This document shows, one piece after another, positions 9,615 through 18,865 of a stretch of DNA of 31,763 bases (the stretch's first letter is position 1; each line of letters begins with the position of its first letter). The translations under genes and the position numbers were made by a program. The DNA comes from a virus (Duplodnaviria; Caudoviricetes). The stretch is taken from IMG/VR virus record IMGVR_UViG_3300047561_000086, positions 1-31,763 of that record. One strand, written 5' to 3'. The notes under the pieces are model-generated. The model worked only from the letters and a program-made list of their open reading frames with translations. It made no database searches and was not told the origin of the DNA.

Positions 9615-11647
9615 TGTCTGACGTATATAAAACTGTACAGATTCCAAATTTTGGGCCAGTTAACTTTCCGACCGATATGTCGGACGATCAAATTAATGCT
9701 GCAATTTTTAAGATTACGCAGACCCCACCATCTCAACCCGCAGTAGACAAAACAGTTGAATCACCCGCAATGATGCAAGGCCGACAAGCTGACTTGTCAA
9801 TGCCTAGCAAAATGGGATTGGCAGCGGCTCAAGGTTTAACTTTTAACTTTGCTCCAAAGATTGCTGGAGCAGGCGCAGCGGCTTTAGACATTTTGCAACG
9901 TGGCACAGAATCCAACCCAACCGAGGCTTATGCTAATACCCGTGATTACGTCAAAGGGGTAAATGAGCAATTTAGGGAGACTAACCCTAAAACCGCATTT
10001 GCAAGTGAAGCTGTTGGTGGGTTGCCTCTTATATTTACTCCAATGGGAATGACAAGCAAAGCGGCTCAAACAGCAGAGGCATTGTCAGCAGCACAAAAAA
10101 TGGCAATGGCTGCGGGAATGGCGGGTAAGCAAGGCACAATTTCTGCTGTTGGCGCTTCTGACATCAACCCCGTAACAAGCCCCACAGAATATGCCCAAGA
10201 TATTGCTAAAAAAGCGGCAATTTCGTCTGCTTCTGGCGGTGTTTTATCTGGAGCAGGCCAAAGCGTTTACAACGTAGGTAGCAATGTTGCACAGCGTTAC
10301 ATTCCCGAAAGTGCCAAAGATGCGGCCCGAGTTAAATTGGCGCAAGCCTTAGAGCGCGGTGGAGATGGCTTAAATTCTGTTTTGAATCGTGTGCAGCGTG
10401 AAATGGGGTTAAACCCTAATGCAAGCGTTGCGCAGGCAGGTGGCCCAAGTGCTTTGAGTCAGTTGGATGTGTTGGCATCACTGCCAGGACAAGCTAAAAC
10501 GCTTGTAGAGCGCCGAATTCGTGAGCAACAGATGTTTAGACCTGAGCGCCTTATAAATGCGGCAGATGAGGCTCTAGGCACTCAAGGCAAGGGTTTTACA
10601 GCCACATTAGAAGCATTAGATGCGGTTAAAAAGGCCACGGCTGCACCTTTGTATGAACAGATTAAAAACGTATCTGTCAGAATTGATCCCGAATTGCAAT
10701 CTTTAATTCAAGCCTCAACATCTGCGCATGGAAAAGCAGAATTGTTGACGCAATTGAATAGACAGTTGCCGATTGACATTTCCAAACTTAAAGCGGGTGA
10801 TGATGTCCCACTTAAAGTTATGGATGTTGTTAAACAATCCCTTTATGACATGGGTGAATCGGTTCGTGGCAAGTTTGGCGAAGCAACAAACACAAGCCGA
10901 GCTTATGACGATTTGCGCGTGGCATTGACAAACAAACTTGGAGCCTTATCGCCTGCGGATAAGAATGGATCAATCTACCGTCAAGCCTTGGATGCCTACG
11001 CTGGCCCATCACAGTTGAGCAATGCTGTTGTTAAAGGCCGAACAGCAATGAAGCAAGACGATATTGCATTGTCTGACTTGATGGGCAATATGTCGGGAAG
11101 CGAAATAGAGGCTTTCCGCATAGGCGCATTGCAGTCTTTAAAAGACAAAGTTGGCACAGAAGCGGGTCAGACTTCATTGTTAAAGATGTGGAAAGAACCC
11201 TCAACTAGCAATAGATTAAAAGAAATATTTGGCGATAACTACCAAAAATTTGCTCAAGATGTTGCCAAAGAAGCTAGATTAAAACCATTAGAGCAAGTGG
11301 GCCGAGGTTCTGCAACTTTTTCCAGAATGTCGGGCGCTGAAGATTTGGGCGTAATGCCGACCACAATGGCTGCGGGCAAAGCGGTAACAAATGCGGCAAC
11401 TGGCAACCCATTGGCGGCGGTGGGTGAGGCTGTAAATGTTAAAAACAGGATTGGTCAAGTTATCAATCAAATGCCCGAAACGACAAGAAACGAATTGGCT
11501 AAAATGCTATTGTTGCGCGGCGCAAAAGGTCAATCAGAAATACAAAATGCAGCGGCGTTGATTCGTGCTTTGAACCAAAGATCAACGCAAATGCAAACTG
11601 GTGGCGGCTCAATCATTGGGCAAAACATTGACCAATACGACAGATAA
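9614..11647 (+). CDS. Probable internal virion/ejection protein (P22 gp16 position)
   Basis: 677 aa, Ala-rich, N-terminal 'VNFPTDMSDDQI' motif and GLTFNF segment typical of ejection proteins; TAATG coupling. Confidence 0.62.
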   Translation: MSDVYKTVQIPNFGPVNFPTDMSDDQINAAIFKITQTPPSQPAVDKTVESPAMMQGRQADLSMPSKMGLAAAQGLTFNFAPKIAGAGAAALDILQRGTESNPTEAYANTRDYVKGVNEQFRETNPKTAFASEAVGGLPLIFTPMGMTSKAAQTAEALSAAQKMAMAAGMAGKQGTISAVGASDINPVTSPTEYAQDIAKKAAISSASGGVLSGAGQSVYNVGSNVAQRYIPESAKDAARVKLAQALERGGDGLNSVLNRVQREMGLNPNASVAQAGGPSALSQLDVLASLPGQAKTLVERRIREQQMFRPERLINAADEALGTQGKGFTATLEALDAVKKATAAPLYEQIKNVSVRIDPELQSLIQASTSAHGKAELLTQLNRQLPIDISKLKAGDDVPLKVMDVVKQSLYDMGESVRGKFGEATNTSRAYDDLRVALTNKLGALSPADKNGSIYRQALDAYAGPSQLSNAVVKGRTAMKQDDIALSDLMGNMSGSEIEAFRIGALQSLKDKVGTEAGQTSLLKMWKEPSTSNRLKEIFGDNYQKFAQDVAKEARLKPLEQVGRGSATFSRMSGAEDLGVMPTTMAAGKAVTNAATGNPLAAVGEAVNVKNRIGQVINQMPETTRNELAKMLLLRGAKGQSEIQNAAALIRALNQRSTQMQTGGGSIIGQNIDQYDR

Positions 11648-11656
11648 GGACACAAA

Positions 11657-13705
11657 ATGAGTTACAACGGTACAGGCACCTTCAATATCAACACAGCGGG
11701 CCAACCCGTTGTTTCAGGCACAACCATCACTAGCACAGCATTTAATTTGTTGACTGCTGATTTGGCTACTGGTCTAACTACCGCATTAACCAAAGATGGG
11801 CAAACTACACCCACTGCAAATATTCCAATGGGGACGTTTAAACTTACAGGTTTAGGTGCGGGTACTGCGGCAACTGATGCGGCCCAATATGGTCAATTGC
11901 AAAAAGGTGCAACCACTATTGCAACCGTTACAGGCACAGATACATTAGTTGGAACTTTAGCTCCCGCACTTACTGCTTACGCCGCAGGCAACTTGTTTTC
12001 ATTTGTTGCGGCGGCCACAAACACAGGCGCAGCTACGATTAACATAAACAGTTTGGGTGCTAAAAGCATCACAAAACAAGGTACAACCGCTTTGGTTGCG
12101 GGTGATATTGTAATTAATCAAATTTCTCTAATTGAGTATGACGGAACTAGATTTCAATTACTTAATCCATCTAGCAATTCAAACGTTACAAGTATTTCAT
12201 TTGGTAGCACGGGATTAACCCCAGCAACTGCAACAAGTGGCGCTGTTTCTGTTGCAGGAACTTTGGCAATAGCTAATGGCGGCACTGGGACAACTTCTAC
12301 AACTTTTGTTAATTTAGCAAGCAATGTAACTGGAACTTTGCCAGTTCTTAACGGTGGTACAGGCGTTACATCAAGTACAGGCTCTGGTAGCAATGTGCTG
12401 TCAACTTCCCCAACATTAGTAACTCCACTTTTAGGAACACCCACAAGCGGAGTTGCAACGAATTTAACGGGATTGCCTTTGTCTACTGGTGTAACAGGTA
12501 CTTTGCCTGTTGCCAACGGTGGTACGGGTCAAACTACCTACACCGATGGGCAATTGCTGATTGGCAATTCCACAGGAAATACATTAACTAAAGCAACTTT
12601 AACTGCGGGAGTCGGAATAACTATAAGCAATGGTTCTGGTGCAATTACGATTGGTAATTCAAGCATAATTAAAACATGGACTTCAATAACATCCACAGGA
12701 ACGTACACAGTACCCTCAGGTGTTACCTCTATCCGTGTTTATGCTTTTGGTGCTGGCGGTGATGGTGGGAGTGGACTAGTAGTTAATATTCCCGCCGGTG
12801 GTGGCGGTGGTGGTGGATGTGCTTTTGGGGATATATCAGTCACAGCGGGTGATGTTTTTACAGCGACAATTTCTTCTGGTGTTGCAACTTTTACAAAAGG
12901 AGCCACTACATATTTAACTGCAAATAAAGGCACGGCAGGAGTGGGAAATACGCAAGGTACACCTGCGGCGGGAGTTGGCGGGACTGCAAGTAAAGACGCA
13001 AGCGTAACCAATGGTGGCGCTTATTCAGGCGGTGATGGCGGGTTTGGTACAGCTTTAGCCGTTGGATATGGAGGAGGCTCTTCTGGTTCTCCTTTAGGCA
13101 CTGGATATGCTGGCTATCAAAATACTTCTGGTAATGTAAGCGGGGGTGGTGGTTGGGGCGGCGTTGGTGGTTGTGGTGGTGGCGGCACAGGAGGTGCGGC
13201 TGGCATTCCCAGTGCAGCAAGCGCAGGTGGCGGGGCGGGTGGTGCTTCAACTTCGGTTCCTTACACAACTGCAGGCGGTTTAAGTAGAACCATATTTAAT
13301 GCGTTCAGCGACCCTTTATTGTCAGGTTGTGATAGTCCTGGTGGATATGGAACTGGAAATTTTGGCGCAAATACTACTTTTCTATCAGTAAGTAATGCGG
13401 GCAATGGCGCAGGCGGTGGCTCTGCTTCATCAACTCAAACTGTTACTACTTTTAATGGTGGTGCGGGTGGATTAGGTGGTGGAGGAGGTGGCTCATTTAT
13501 TGGCACAGCAAGTGGTACTGCAAGGGGAGGCGCTTCAACATTTGGAGGCGGCGGAGGAGGCGCAAATGCTAATGGAACAGGAACTCCAACTGCTCTTGGA
13601 GGTTCGCCTATATATGCGGGGGGCGGCGGTGGAGCATATTCCATAGTTGGTGGCGTAGCTACTCGCGGCACAGGCGGCGCAGCTATTGTTTTGATTTACG
13701 CATAA
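11657..13705 (+). CDS. Tail fibre/receptor-binding protein with C-terminal glycine-rich domain
   Basis: 682 aa, T/G-rich, three GTL(P/A)xxNGGTG repeats, many GGGGG runs in the C-terminal half. Confidence 0.8.
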   Translation: MSYNGTGTFNINTAGQPVVSGTTITSTAFNLLTADLATGLTTALTKDGQTTPTANIPMGTFKLTGLGAGTAATDAAQYGQLQKGATTIATVTGTDTLVGTLAPALTAYAAGNLFSFVAAATNTGAATININSLGAKSITKQGTTALVAGDIVINQISLIEYDGTRFQLLNPSSNSNVTSISFGSTGLTPATATSGAVSVAGTLAIANGGTGTTSTTFVNLASNVTGTLPVLNGGTGVTSSTGSGSNVLSTSPTLVTPLLGTPTSGVATNLTGLPLSTGVTGTLPVANGGTGQTTYTDGQLLIGNSTGNTLTKATLTAGVGITISNGSGAITIGNSSIIKTWTSITSTGTYTVPSGVTSIRVYAFGAGGDGGSGLVVNIPAGGGGGGGCAFGDISVTAGDVFTATISSGVATFTKGATTYLTANKGTAGVGNTQGTPAAGVGGTASKDASVTNGGAYSGGDGGFGTALAVGYGGGSSGSPLGTGYAGYQNTSGNVSGGGGWGGVGGCGGGGTGGAAGIPSAASAGGGAGGASTSVPYTTAGGLSRTIFNAFSDPLLSGCDSPGGYGTGNFGANTTFLSVSNAGNGAGGGSASSTQTVTTFNGGAGGLGGGGGGSFIGTASGTARGGASTFGGGGGGANANGTGTPTALGGSPIYAGGGGGAYSIVGGVATRGTGGAAIVLIYA

Positions 13706-13714
13706 GGAACAATC

Positions 13715-13969
13715 ATGAGATTTGCATATATCAATAACGGCATGGTCTTCGATTCAATTGAAGTACGCCCAGAAACCGTGTTTTACCCTGCTTATGCTTC
13801 TTTGTTTATAGAAGTTCCCGATGAAGTGCGTTCTGGCTGGTTTTATGATGGAACAACTTTTTCACCACCACCAGAGCCAGACCCTATTCCCGAGCCAACT
13901 GCGCCTACCAAAGAAGAATTGATGGCAGAACTTGCAGCCCTCACAGCAAAAATTCAAGCATTGGCTTAA
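13715..13969 (+). CDS. Small tail-fibre-associated protein (assembly chaperone-like)
   Basis: 84 aa directly after the fibre; GWFYDGTTFSPP motif, Pro-rich linker, short C-terminal coiled coil. Confidence 0.55.
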   Translation: MRFAYINNGMVFDSIEVRPETVFYPAYASLFIEVPDEVRSGWFYDGTTFSPPPEPDPIPEPTAPTKEELMAELAALTAKIQALA

Positions 13970-13971
13970 TC

Positions 13972-14205
13972 ATGACACCTGATTCTTTCGACCCAATTAA
14001 ATATGGCGTTTTGTGGGAGCGCGTTCAATCTTATGAGCGCCGCTTTGATGAAATGTCAACCAAAATTGACAAATTGGAAAGTTCGATTGAAAAACTGGTA
14101 GAGATGGCTAATCAATCCAAAGGTGGATTTTGGATGGGCATGACCATTGTGTCGGCATTGGGTAGTGTTGCTGGTTACTTTTTGCATTGGATTAACAAGG
14201 GTTAG
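13972..14205 (+). CDS. Coiled-coil plus C-terminal TM protein (holin/XhlA-like lysis protein)
   Basis: 77 aa, heptad region followed by KGGFWMGMTIVSALGSVAGYFL. Confidence 0.55.
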   Translation: MTPDSFDPIKYGVLWERVQSYERRFDEMSTKIDKLESSIEKLVEMANQSKGGFWMGMTIVSALGSVAGYFLHWINKG

Positions 14206-14215
14206 TCTGTGTTAA

Positions 14216-14554
14216 ATGCGTTTGTTTCTCTTAATCTTTTTGATGCTGATAACAGTGTCGGCGGCAGAGGAAAAGTTAATCCTTTCAGCAGCGCCGCCAG
14301 AGAAGCTAGACAAACCCAAGCCTGTGCAAAGCTGTTTGGTGTACGATTTTTATGCAATTGCCTGGACAATGCACGATCCAATGGAACGGCGTATAGCTAT
14401 GTTAAATTGGTTGGATAAAAATGTATGCAGCACCCAAAATTACGCAGATATTTGGAACAGTTTATCGGAATGGTCGGGCGCATCGGACAACGCTTTGCTA
14501 CGCGCAAAAGTGATACAGGGTTACGAAAAAGCACTCAAGAGGGAAAACAAATGA
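14216..14554 (+). CDS. Exported protein of unknown function
   Basis: Signal peptide MRLFLLIFLMLITVSA; two Cys in the mature part; ATGA overlap with the next gene. Confidence 0.55.
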   Translation: MRLFLLIFLMLITVSAAEEKLILSAAPPEKLDKPKPVQSCLVYDFYAIAWTMHDPMERRIAMLNWLDKNVCSTQNYADIWNSLSEWSGASDNALLRAKVIQGYEKALKRENK

Positions 14555-14799
14555 ACGACAACATCAAAGCCAGATTAACGTTTGCGGTTACTTTGATGGT
14601 TAGCGCAACCTTGTGCCTATCTGTCTTGGCTATGGTTGCGGCATTCCTTTTGGGACTATGGGCAAAAGAAGTGGACAACGCTGAAGTGTTTAAGCTGATA
14701 AGCCCCGCATTTCAGACCATCATCGGTGGTTTTATCGGCCTGCTGGCTGGTGTAAAGCTGTCCCATGATGAGGATGAACGCCCTTGCAAAAAGGATTGA
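14551..14799 (+). CDS. Two-TM membrane protein (lysis cassette)
   Basis: Start placed at ATGA overlap (MNDNIKARLTF...); two hydrophobic segments. Confidence 0.6.
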   Translation: MNDNIKARLTFAVTLMVSATLCLSVLAMVAAFLLGLWAKEVDNAEVFKLISPAFQTIIGGFIGLLAGVKLSHDEDERPCKKD

Positions 14800-14800
14800 T

Positions 14801-15295
14801 ATGTTTGAACTACTAGGTGGCGGTGTTATTGGTTCTTTGCTTGGTGGCCTGTTTCGTATGGCCCCCGAGGTGCTGAAATGGCTAGACAAAAAGAACGAAC
14901 GTACCCACGAACTGGCTATGTTCCAGCAACAATGCCAATTAGAAACATTGCGCGGTCAGCAGAAGCTGGCTGAGATTGGCGCTCAACGGGAAGCAACAGT
15001 AGACGCTGGCGTGATGAATGCCTTTAATTCAGCCATAGAACAGCAAACAGAGATGGTTAAAGCCGCTGGTGGATGGGTGGCTAGTCTTTCCGCTTCTGTG
15101 CGTCCTGTGATGACGTATTACTTGTTGGTGATGTATGGTGCAGCAAAGGTTGCGGGAATGTATTTGGCTTGGGTGGGCGGACAACCAGCAGCAGATATTT
15201 TTGCAAAATCATGGGCTCCAGATGATATGGCCTTATTGACAGGAGTAATTAATTATTGGATGATCGACCGCAGTTTAATGAAACGAGGTCTCTAA
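14801..15295 (+). CDS. Holin-like membrane protein (3TM type)
   Basis: MFELLGGGVIGSLLGG N-terminus, 'WVASLSASVRP' followed by TM segments, basic C-terminus; AAGGA SD before 14801; upstream of endolysin. Confidence 0.65.
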   Translation: MFELLGGGVIGSLLGGLFRMAPEVLKWLDKKNERTHELAMFQQQCQLETLRGQQKLAEIGAQREATVDAGVMNAFNSAIEQQTEMVKAAGGWVASLSASVRPVMTYYLLVMYGAAKVAGMYLAWVGGQPAADIFAKSWAPDDMALLTGVINYWMIDRSLMKRGL

Positions 15296-15786
15296 TGGGA
15301 AAAGCATTCAATTATGTTCGTGGTAGCTTGTCGGATCGTTTTTGGGTAAAAGTCAACAAACTTGGCCCTGAAGATTGCTGGGAATGGCAAGCGTCTATTG
15401 ATACGCGAGGATATGGTAATTTTGGTGTTCCAAAAAATGATGGCAAATATCTTATGCAAAGAGCGCATCGTGTTGCATGGGAGCTAACAAACGGGCCATT
15501 GTTAAATTCTTCTCAACATCTTTGTCACACGTGCGATAACCGAAAATGCGTTAATCCTGCTCATTTGTTTGTTGGCAATCCCAAATTAAATATGCAAGAT
15601 TGTGCAGACAAGGGTCGTTTTAACGATCGTAAAGGCGAAAACAATCCAAGGTCTAAACTGACAATTGATGACGTAAAAAACATCAGAAATTCAGATTTGC
15701 CATTGTCAAAACTTGCTTTGCAATATGGTGTTGCAAAATCAGTGGTTGGATATGCTCGCAACAAAGTTACTTGGACGCACGTGTGA
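15295..15786 (+). CDS. Free-standing HNH homing endonuclease
   Basis: RFWVKV...CWEW...GYG...AHRVAWE...CHTCDNRKCVNPAHL...N motif and C-terminal GENNPRSKLT HTH-like domain. Confidence 0.92.
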   Translation: MGKAFNYVRGSLSDRFWVKVNKLGPEDCWEWQASIDTRGYGNFGVPKNDGKYLMQRAHRVAWELTNGPLLNSSQHLCHTCDNRKCVNPAHLFVGNPKLNMQDCADKGRFNDRKGENNPRSKLTIDDVKNIRNSDLPLSKLALQYGVAKSVVGYARNKVTWTHV

Positions 15787-16223
15787 GACTAGACATAGCG
15801 GTTGCGCTGTGTAAGCAGTTTGAGGGCTTCAGAAACAAGCCTTACCTCTGCCCAGCGGGTGTGCCCACAATTGGGTATGGAAGTACCTATTATGGGAATG
15901 GTGCAAAGGTTGCACTATTTGATCCACCAATGTTAGAGCCTGATGCAGAAGCGTTATTGCTCCATGAACTGCAATTTACCTACCTTCCAGGGGTGTTGCG
16001 TAATTGTCCTATTCTCTTAACAGATGAACGTAAGTGTAATGCTGTAGTAGACTTCTGCTATAACCTTGGGATCGGACGACTTCAAACTAGCACATTGAAA
16101 CGCAAAATCAATGAGCAAAATTGGGAGGCGGCTAAAGATCAACTTCTGTTGTGGAACAAAGCCGGTGGGCGTGTCTTACCTGGCCTTGATAAACGCAGAA
16201 AAGCAGAAGCAGCGCTTCTCTGA
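15783..16223 (+). CDS. Endolysin, GH24 phage lysozyme
   Basis: FEG...PYLCPAGVPTIGYG catalytic region, DFCYNLG, GLDKRRKAE; GTG start in a GTGA overlap. Confidence 0.93.
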   Translation: MRLDIAVALCKQFEGFRNKPYLCPAGVPTIGYGSTYYGNGAKVALFDPPMLEPDAEALLLHELQFTYLPGVLRNCPILLTDERKCNAVVDFCYNLGIGRLQTSTLKRKINEQNWEAAKDQLLLWNKAGGRVLPGLDKRRKAEAALL

Positions 16224-16231
16224 GGATTTTT

Positions 16232-17185
16232 ATGATTTCTGAAGAACAGTTTTTAGAAACTTGGAATCGGTTGAAATCGGCAAAATTAGTGGCAGAAGAA
16301 CTAGGTGTTACAGAAAGATCGTCTCATGCTAGAAGAAGACGTTTAGAAGAAAAGCACGGGAAAACCCTTCCAGTAAACGATCAACGATGGATTTACCGGC
16401 AACACATCTTTCCAAATGCCGTTGATTTGGGGATAGAAAATGGCACTGTTATCGTTTTCTCGGATGCTCACTTTTGGCCTGGTATACGTTCAACGGCGTT
16501 TAAGGCGCTACTATATGCGATTGAAACGTATTCCCCCAAAGCAGTTATTTGTAATGGTGATGCCTTTGATGGCGCTGCTATTAGTCGCCATCCCCCAATG
16601 GGCTGGGAGAAACTTCCCTCCGTAATCCAAGAGTTAAACGCCTGCAAAGCAATGCTTGGGGAGGTGTCGGAGACTGCAAAAACAATCCGACACAATGTAA
16701 AGTTGATATTTACAATGGGAAACCACGATGCGAGATTTGCTGCGAGATTGGCGGCTAATGCACCGCAATATGTCCAAACTCCAGGATTCCGTCTTGAGGA
16801 TCACTTTGAAGCATGGCAATTTGCTTGGTCGGTGTGGCTAACCAAAGAGGTAATCGTTAAGCACCGCTACAAGGGTGGGGTTCATGCTACCCACAACAAT
16901 ACTGTGGGGGCTGGCACAAGCATCGTAACGGGCCATTTGCACAGCTTAAAGGTTACGCCATACTCTGACTATAACGGCAACCGATTTGGGGTGGATACAG
17001 GCACTTTGGCAGACCCGTATGGCCCGCAGTTTTCTTACTCAGAACACAATCCTCTAAATCACCGTTCGGGCTTTGCCATGCTGACGTTCAAGGACGGGCA
17101 ATTATTGTGGCCCGAATTATTCCATGTATGGAATAAAAACCACATTGAGTTTCGCGGGGAAATCATACAAGTGGACGGTTATTAG
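16232..17185 (+). CDS. Calcineurin-like metallophosphoesterase with N-terminal HTH-like segment
   Basis: SDAH, NGDAFD, MGNHD, GHLH motifs in canonical order; GAGGA SD. Confidence 0.9.
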   Translation: MISEEQFLETWNRLKSAKLVAEELGVTERSSHARRRRLEEKHGKTLPVNDQRWIYRQHIFPNAVDLGIENGTVIVFSDAHFWPGIRSTAFKALLYAIETYSPKAVICNGDAFDGAAISRHPPMGWEKLPSVIQELNACKAMLGEVSETAKTIRHNVKLIFTMGNHDARFAARLAANAPQYVQTPGFRLEDHFEAWQFAWSVWLTKEVIVKHRYKGGVHATHNNTVGAGTSIVTGHLHSLKVTPYSDYNGNRFGVDTGTLADPYGPQFSYSEHNPLNHRSGFAMLTFKDGQLLWPELFHVWNKNHIEFRGEIIQVDGY

Positions 17186-17200
17186 CCGCCCACTGTATGC

Positions 17201-17503
17201 TTACTCTGCAATTTCGTCGTCTTCGTCTTCGCATTCTGTTACGTCACATTCGTACCAATCGTCAGATTCCTCGTCGTACCAGTAATACACTTCATTTTCC
17301 TCATCGTACCAATACGCCACACCTTCGTCGTCGTACTCGTATTCTTCGTCTTCTTCTTCGTCATCATTGAAAAAGTCTACATCATCATCGATTTCTTCCA
17401 TGTTTTCAACAAAAGAAGCCAAAGCAACCAACTTCCAAAATTCACCAGTGTTGTACTTAACAACATCACCAAAACCAAAATTAATCTCAAGCGCAAAGTC
17501 CAT
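17201..17503 (-). CDS. Highly acidic aromatic-repeat protein
   Basis: 100 aa, about 42 D/E versus 2 K and 0 R; AGGGG SD; YWYDEE repeated. Confidence 0.75.
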   Translation of the reverse strand: MDFALEINFGFGDVVKYNTGEFWKLVALASFVENMEEIDDDVDFFNDDEEEDEEYEYDDEGVAYWYDEENEVYYWYDEESDDWYECDVTECEDEDDEIAE

Positions 17504-17553
17504 AAATTTCCCCTAAAAATGTAGCGCAGCACATTGCTGCAACCACATATTAC

Positions 17554-17805
17554 CTAGTTTTTTAGAAGATTTATGTCAGGTTTAGGGCAGTTTTCGGGCA
17601 CAGGAATTGCTATATAAACAGGCGTCCAATCCCTCCCATAGCGTTGTTTTTCCCAGCGATCTATGTACACATCAGGCATTTTGGGAAGGGCGTGTTTTAT
17701 GCAATCCGGTGTAAGTTTGGTGTAAAACTGCAATTGTTTGCGGGTTAGTCCATCTGGGTGTTCTTTCAACGCCTTTCTGATTTCGGAATGTCTACTGCGC
17801 CTCAT
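17554..17805 (-). CDS. Small winged-HTH-like protein
   Basis: IRKALKEHPDGLT...MPDVYIDRW pattern; ATGA overlap. Confidence 0.6.
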   Translation of the reverse strand: MRRSRHSEIRKALKEHPDGLTRKQLQFYTKLTPDCIKHALPKMPDVYIDRWEKQRYGRDWTPVYIAIPVPENCPKPDINLLKN

Positions 17806-17999
17806 TTACTTTTTACTTTCTTAAAGTCAAGCGCACCAGTGCGCGCAAAATCATCTTTGGGCGGCTGGTACACGGGTTGCGCCCAGATGTTAATGGTGTT
17901 GGCTAAGGCTTTGTTGTTGGCTTGTGGGCGCAGCTTCCAAGGAATAATATTTTCCAGCTTGTCCTGCGCCGCAGCGCGTTTTGATTCGTAGCCTGTCAT
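17802..17999 (-). CDS. Hypothetical protein
   Basis: 65 aa, GAGGTG SD, ATGA overlaps at both ends. Confidence 0.65.
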   Translation of the reverse strand: MTGYESKRAAAQDKLENIIPWKLRPQANNKALANTINIWAQPVYQPPKDDFARTGALDFKKVKSK

Positions 18000-18202
18000 G
18001 CTTCACCTCTTTCACGGATAATATCAGCCGCAATAGACGCAAGATGTCCATCATCACAAATCTTTGCACACGCCTCACGCTCGTGTGCTGCTACCAAGGC
18101 GGCAAAGGCTTTAAGTTGATCGTCAATATATCCATCGTCAACCCATACACCTGCGTTATCTGTTTGAAGCCCAGCTTGCTTTGCTAGTTCAATGATGTTC
18201 AT
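17996..18202 (-). CDS. Hypothetical protein (EREACAK motif family)
   Basis: Start placed at MNIIELAKQAG (18202); AFAALVAAHEREACAKICD motif common in proteobacterial phages. Confidence 0.7.
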   Translation of the reverse strand: MNIIELAKQAGLQTDNAGVWVDDGYIDDQLKAFAALVAAHEREACAKICDDGHLASIAADIIRERGEA

Positions 18203-18366
18203 TTGAACACCGCCGCTACAAGCATGGACGCCCCCACTACAAAGATCACCCACACGATCAAGCCCTTAACTTGCTGCACAAACTGCGCGTAGTCGCTTGG
18301 CTCGGGTTCGTCAAACTCCCAATCTTTTTGCTTGGGCTCCATGTATTTTTTATCCGCATCAGTCAT
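18199..18366 (-). CDS. 55-aa single-TM protein (not in ORF track)
   Basis: MTDADKKYMEPKQKDWEFDEPEPSDYAQFVQQVKGLIVWVIFVVGASMLVAAVFK; ATGA overlaps with both neighbours; AAGGA SD. Confidence 0.7.
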   Translation of the reverse strand: MTDADKKYMEPKQKDWEFDEPEPSDYAQFVQQVKGLIVWVIFVVGASMLVAAVFK

Positions 18367-18554
18367 TTGTATTCCTTCATGCGTTCGTTAAGGCGTTCAA
18401 TACGGGCTAGGCTTAGTTGGAGGCAAGCCTCTGCGTACTCGGCGGCATTTTCTGACTCAAGCCTTTCAAGATGCGCCTGGGCCAAAGACTGGGTAATTAC
18501 TTCCAAAGGGGTCAAATCACGCCAGTAATCTTTAAAGAATTTTAGAAATTTCAT
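18363..18554 (-). CDS. Hypothetical helical protein
   Basis: 63 aa, ATGA-coupled on both sides. Confidence 0.65.
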   Translation of the reverse strand: MKFLKFFKDYWRDLTPLEVITQSLAQAHLERLESENAAEYAEACLQLSLARIERLNERMKEYK

Positions 18555-18856
18555 GCTTTAACAAATACACCGTTTTCGCGGAGTATGCCTTTGCGGTTTT
18601 TAATTGAATCGTAGGCAACTTCCATGCAGTCAACCAGGTTTATGTCTTGCAGGGCGCAGTAAATGATTAGGCAAACCATCACGTCACCAACCGAATCAAC
18701 AATGTCTTCGCGGTTGTCTTTGATAGTGGCATCGGCAAGTTCTCCCATTTCACTCATTGCTTTGAGTAATTGAGTGCCAGCCGTTGAGTTAGGGATAATC
18801 CTGCGGGCTTCTGCCCATCGGATGATCTCAATTTCTGTCATTGCGTAAGTAGTCAT
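18551..18856 (-). CDS. MazG-like NTP pyrophosphohydrolase
   Basis: QLLKAMSEMGELADA...IVDSVGDVMV ExxE/D motif; AYDSIKNRKG...NGVFVK. Confidence 0.85.
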   Translation of the reverse strand: MTTYAMTEIEIIRWAEARRIIPNSTAGTQLLKAMSEMGELADATIKDNREDIVDSVGDVMVCLIIYCALQDINLVDCMEVAYDSIKNRKGILRENGVFVKA

Positions 18857-18865
18857 TTTTAATCC

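Noticed and set aside
12154-13671. Antisense ORFs over the tail fibre, and other nested ORFs in the track
   Set aside because: Shadow frames of biased Gly/Thr codons with no SD or protein-like features; the primary genes already tile the genome with coupled overlaps
11657-13705. Diversity-generating retroelement or invertible tail-fibre cassette
   Set aside because: No reverse transcriptase, invertase or duplicated template/variable repeat seen
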